From Phoronis australis (lineage: Eukaryota; Animalia; Phoronida): DNA of 64,000 nt. Position 1 is the first letter of the stretch. The number at the start of each line of letters is the position of its first letter. The notes under the pieces were generated by a model. It had not been told where the DNA came from. It saw only the letters and a list, made by a program, of their open reading frames with translations, and made no database searches. Of the stretch, positions 61,961 to 64,000 are shown in pieces. The translations under genes were made by a program, and so were the position numbers. The stretch is taken from the NCBI GenBank assembly GCA_002633005.1, contig NMRA01000154.1, forward strand, positions 602,232 through 666,231, written 5' to 3'.

Positions 61961-64000
61961 TCACATACTGCCGACTTCTTTCATTAAATTTCTTTTTCTG
62001 TTTGTTAAAGAGCTGAATACTCAATTTTGCTTCATTTAGGTCTTCAGTGCAACTACCAGAACTAGGATTTTAATTTGCAAAATTTTGGAAAATTTGTGTT
62101 CCAAGGGTTAACTACCTAGTCGCGAGTACATGTAAATATAAGTATTTACTAGGTTACGTGTCCAGGAAAACCGGACAAAGTGACAACAATATGCGATCAC
62201 CCCTATACATGTGGCCGCATAAAAACGTTTAAACATAAAGCATTATGACCATTATACGACTCAGTCAACTTTACCAGCCTATGGGTGTAGTCTGCTATAG
62301 AGTCAGTCCTTATAACACAAATGACATTCTTAGAACGGTTCCGCTCAATGTCCTCCTTTGCACACAAGCGGTTTTTCCGCGGCGTAACTCCGTTTAGCGT
62401 CCCCTCACGGCGACTATGACATCTCGCGGTCAGCACTGCTCTGCGCGGCCCTCCGAGTCCGCTCAGGTTTGTTAAACACAACCGTTCACTTCCATGAATC
62501 CAGACGAGTCCAATGCCCCACTCCTGTCTTCTCACTCTTGAGTGAACAAGGTAACAGTCCTTGGATAATAACTTGCATAACACAACATCCAAACACATAC
62601 CGCTGAGCGACGGCGAAATACCGTATTCCACAGATTAATGCTCTTGCAACAATTTTCAATACTTAAATGTTCACAACAACTGTACTATACGATACGTAAT
62701 CACCTTCTCAATGTAAGCAGACACTAAACCTGCTCGGCAACCAGACAAGTCAATCAAGACTGCGTACACTCACTTAAAACTGAGTGGGAAGCAAATGCGC
62801 AATGGATAAAAACACACCCCAGTTCGGCGACTAAGAAAGTTAGCGTCGCAGGTCTCGTCGCCACTAACGTGCACCACACTAAACGTATATGGTTGTAACA
62901 TCATAGACTGTTACAGTATACAGTTATTTATGATTAAACACTGTCGAGAGGTAGTGGGAGACTTTCAGGAAGCAATGGGGCCGATCAGGTGGAACCGGTG
63001 ACTCATATCGCCACCTAGCTGTACCAGAAGTTATTGTGTCCTCGCAGCGGGTGGCATAGGGGCACAGTTTGACTTCGTGAAGCGGCCCCTTTACAGTGTA
63101 TGTGATTACACGGAATGTTTTAAACAAAATTAATGGTATCCGGTCCCACGTGACCAGTCGCCAATTAAGTTGCTCTTTGAAAGTCTCCCACGGTCTGATA
63201 CAACGTACGTTCCCGCATTTCTAGAAACAGTTTTCTCCATTGTATAACTGACATCAACTGGTTCTCAAAATTCATTGAGCTACATATCTTTTTCCAACAA
63301 AAACTCTCTCCCATACAGATAATTCAATCGCGGTTCAATCGACCAACAAATCGCCACGCATTCTCGCTCAGCCACGATATAGTTTTACTGACGCGGCATA
63401 ATGCCAATGTAAGCACCATGGGAACGAATTGCTTTTCAGCTCTTCTTTCAAGTGGAAAGCAACTATTTTTTAAGTTACCTAGAAAAATGCCTATCCCTGG
63501 CTACCGCGTAGCAACATTGTTCAGTCTTGGTCACTTATTGCTCTCTATGCGCGCACGGGCTATTCGTGAAGCAATAGAAAGTGGTGTTAACGGCCCAACA
63601 AAGGATTGGCATCTTACTTCTGCATTCACCCTCATAGGCCTCTTTGTTGGTATCCGCCACTCAGATGTGCGCAAAGGGTGCTGGGAAATTTTGGTGTTCA
63701 GTGGAGCAAACGCTAATGACCTGCACAGGGTCTTCAATACAGTGTAGGACGTGAATGCAGACAAATGCATTCATGTAGATCTTAGAACGGGCATTTTGTC
63801 CAGTGAAACCTTAGAAGTCTTTACTTTCGGTCTAGTCTGCAACATCTAGTCATGTCATCATTCTAGGATTACAAAAATCAGAGCGAATTCTACCAGTAAC
63901 TTTCGAAATGCTCATTTGACCAGCACAATGACTCATGTGCACGTTTTATCGTGGAAAACTTCAGAACTATTTTCAAAACCAGTAAGAACACATTTACCCT

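Noticed and set aside
62203-62800. 142-aa minus-strand ORF or GC-rich first exon of a further gene
   Set aside because: No recognisable domain, only short ATG-initiated frames and no linkable downstream exons. It could be a 5'UTR but I cannot support this.

Overview
Eukaryotic (invertebrate metazoan, probably lophotrochozoan by inference) genomic DNA carrying four intron-containing genes arranged as two head-to-head pairs. They are a divergent Bcl-2 family gene (-, CDS 4674-8087), the RNA Pol II elongation factor ELL (+, 10453-21843), a MYORG-like GH31 type II membrane protein (-, 24044-28691) and the zinc-finger RNA-binding protein ZFR/Zn72D (+, 32065-55788). I reconstructed all exon chains by hand from GT-AG sites with consistent phase. 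Introns and intergenic DNA contain many non-autonomous inverted-repeat transposons (MITEs), minisatellites and one tRNA-like relic. Two segments duplicated across Ns (28632-30177 and 40014-43883) look like uncollapsed haplotypes. The leading candidates are: (1) a stop-containing cassette exon in ZFR intron 16 that can form a 19-bp long-range duplex with sequence just upstream of the next constitutive acceptor, a possible dsRNA-gated autoregulatory switch; (2) loss of the catalytic nucleophile motif in the MYORG-like protein, suggesting a pseudo-glycosidase; (3) a Bcl-2 protein with NKEN in place of NWGR and no canonical BH3. No prokaryotic features (CRISPR, operons) are present.
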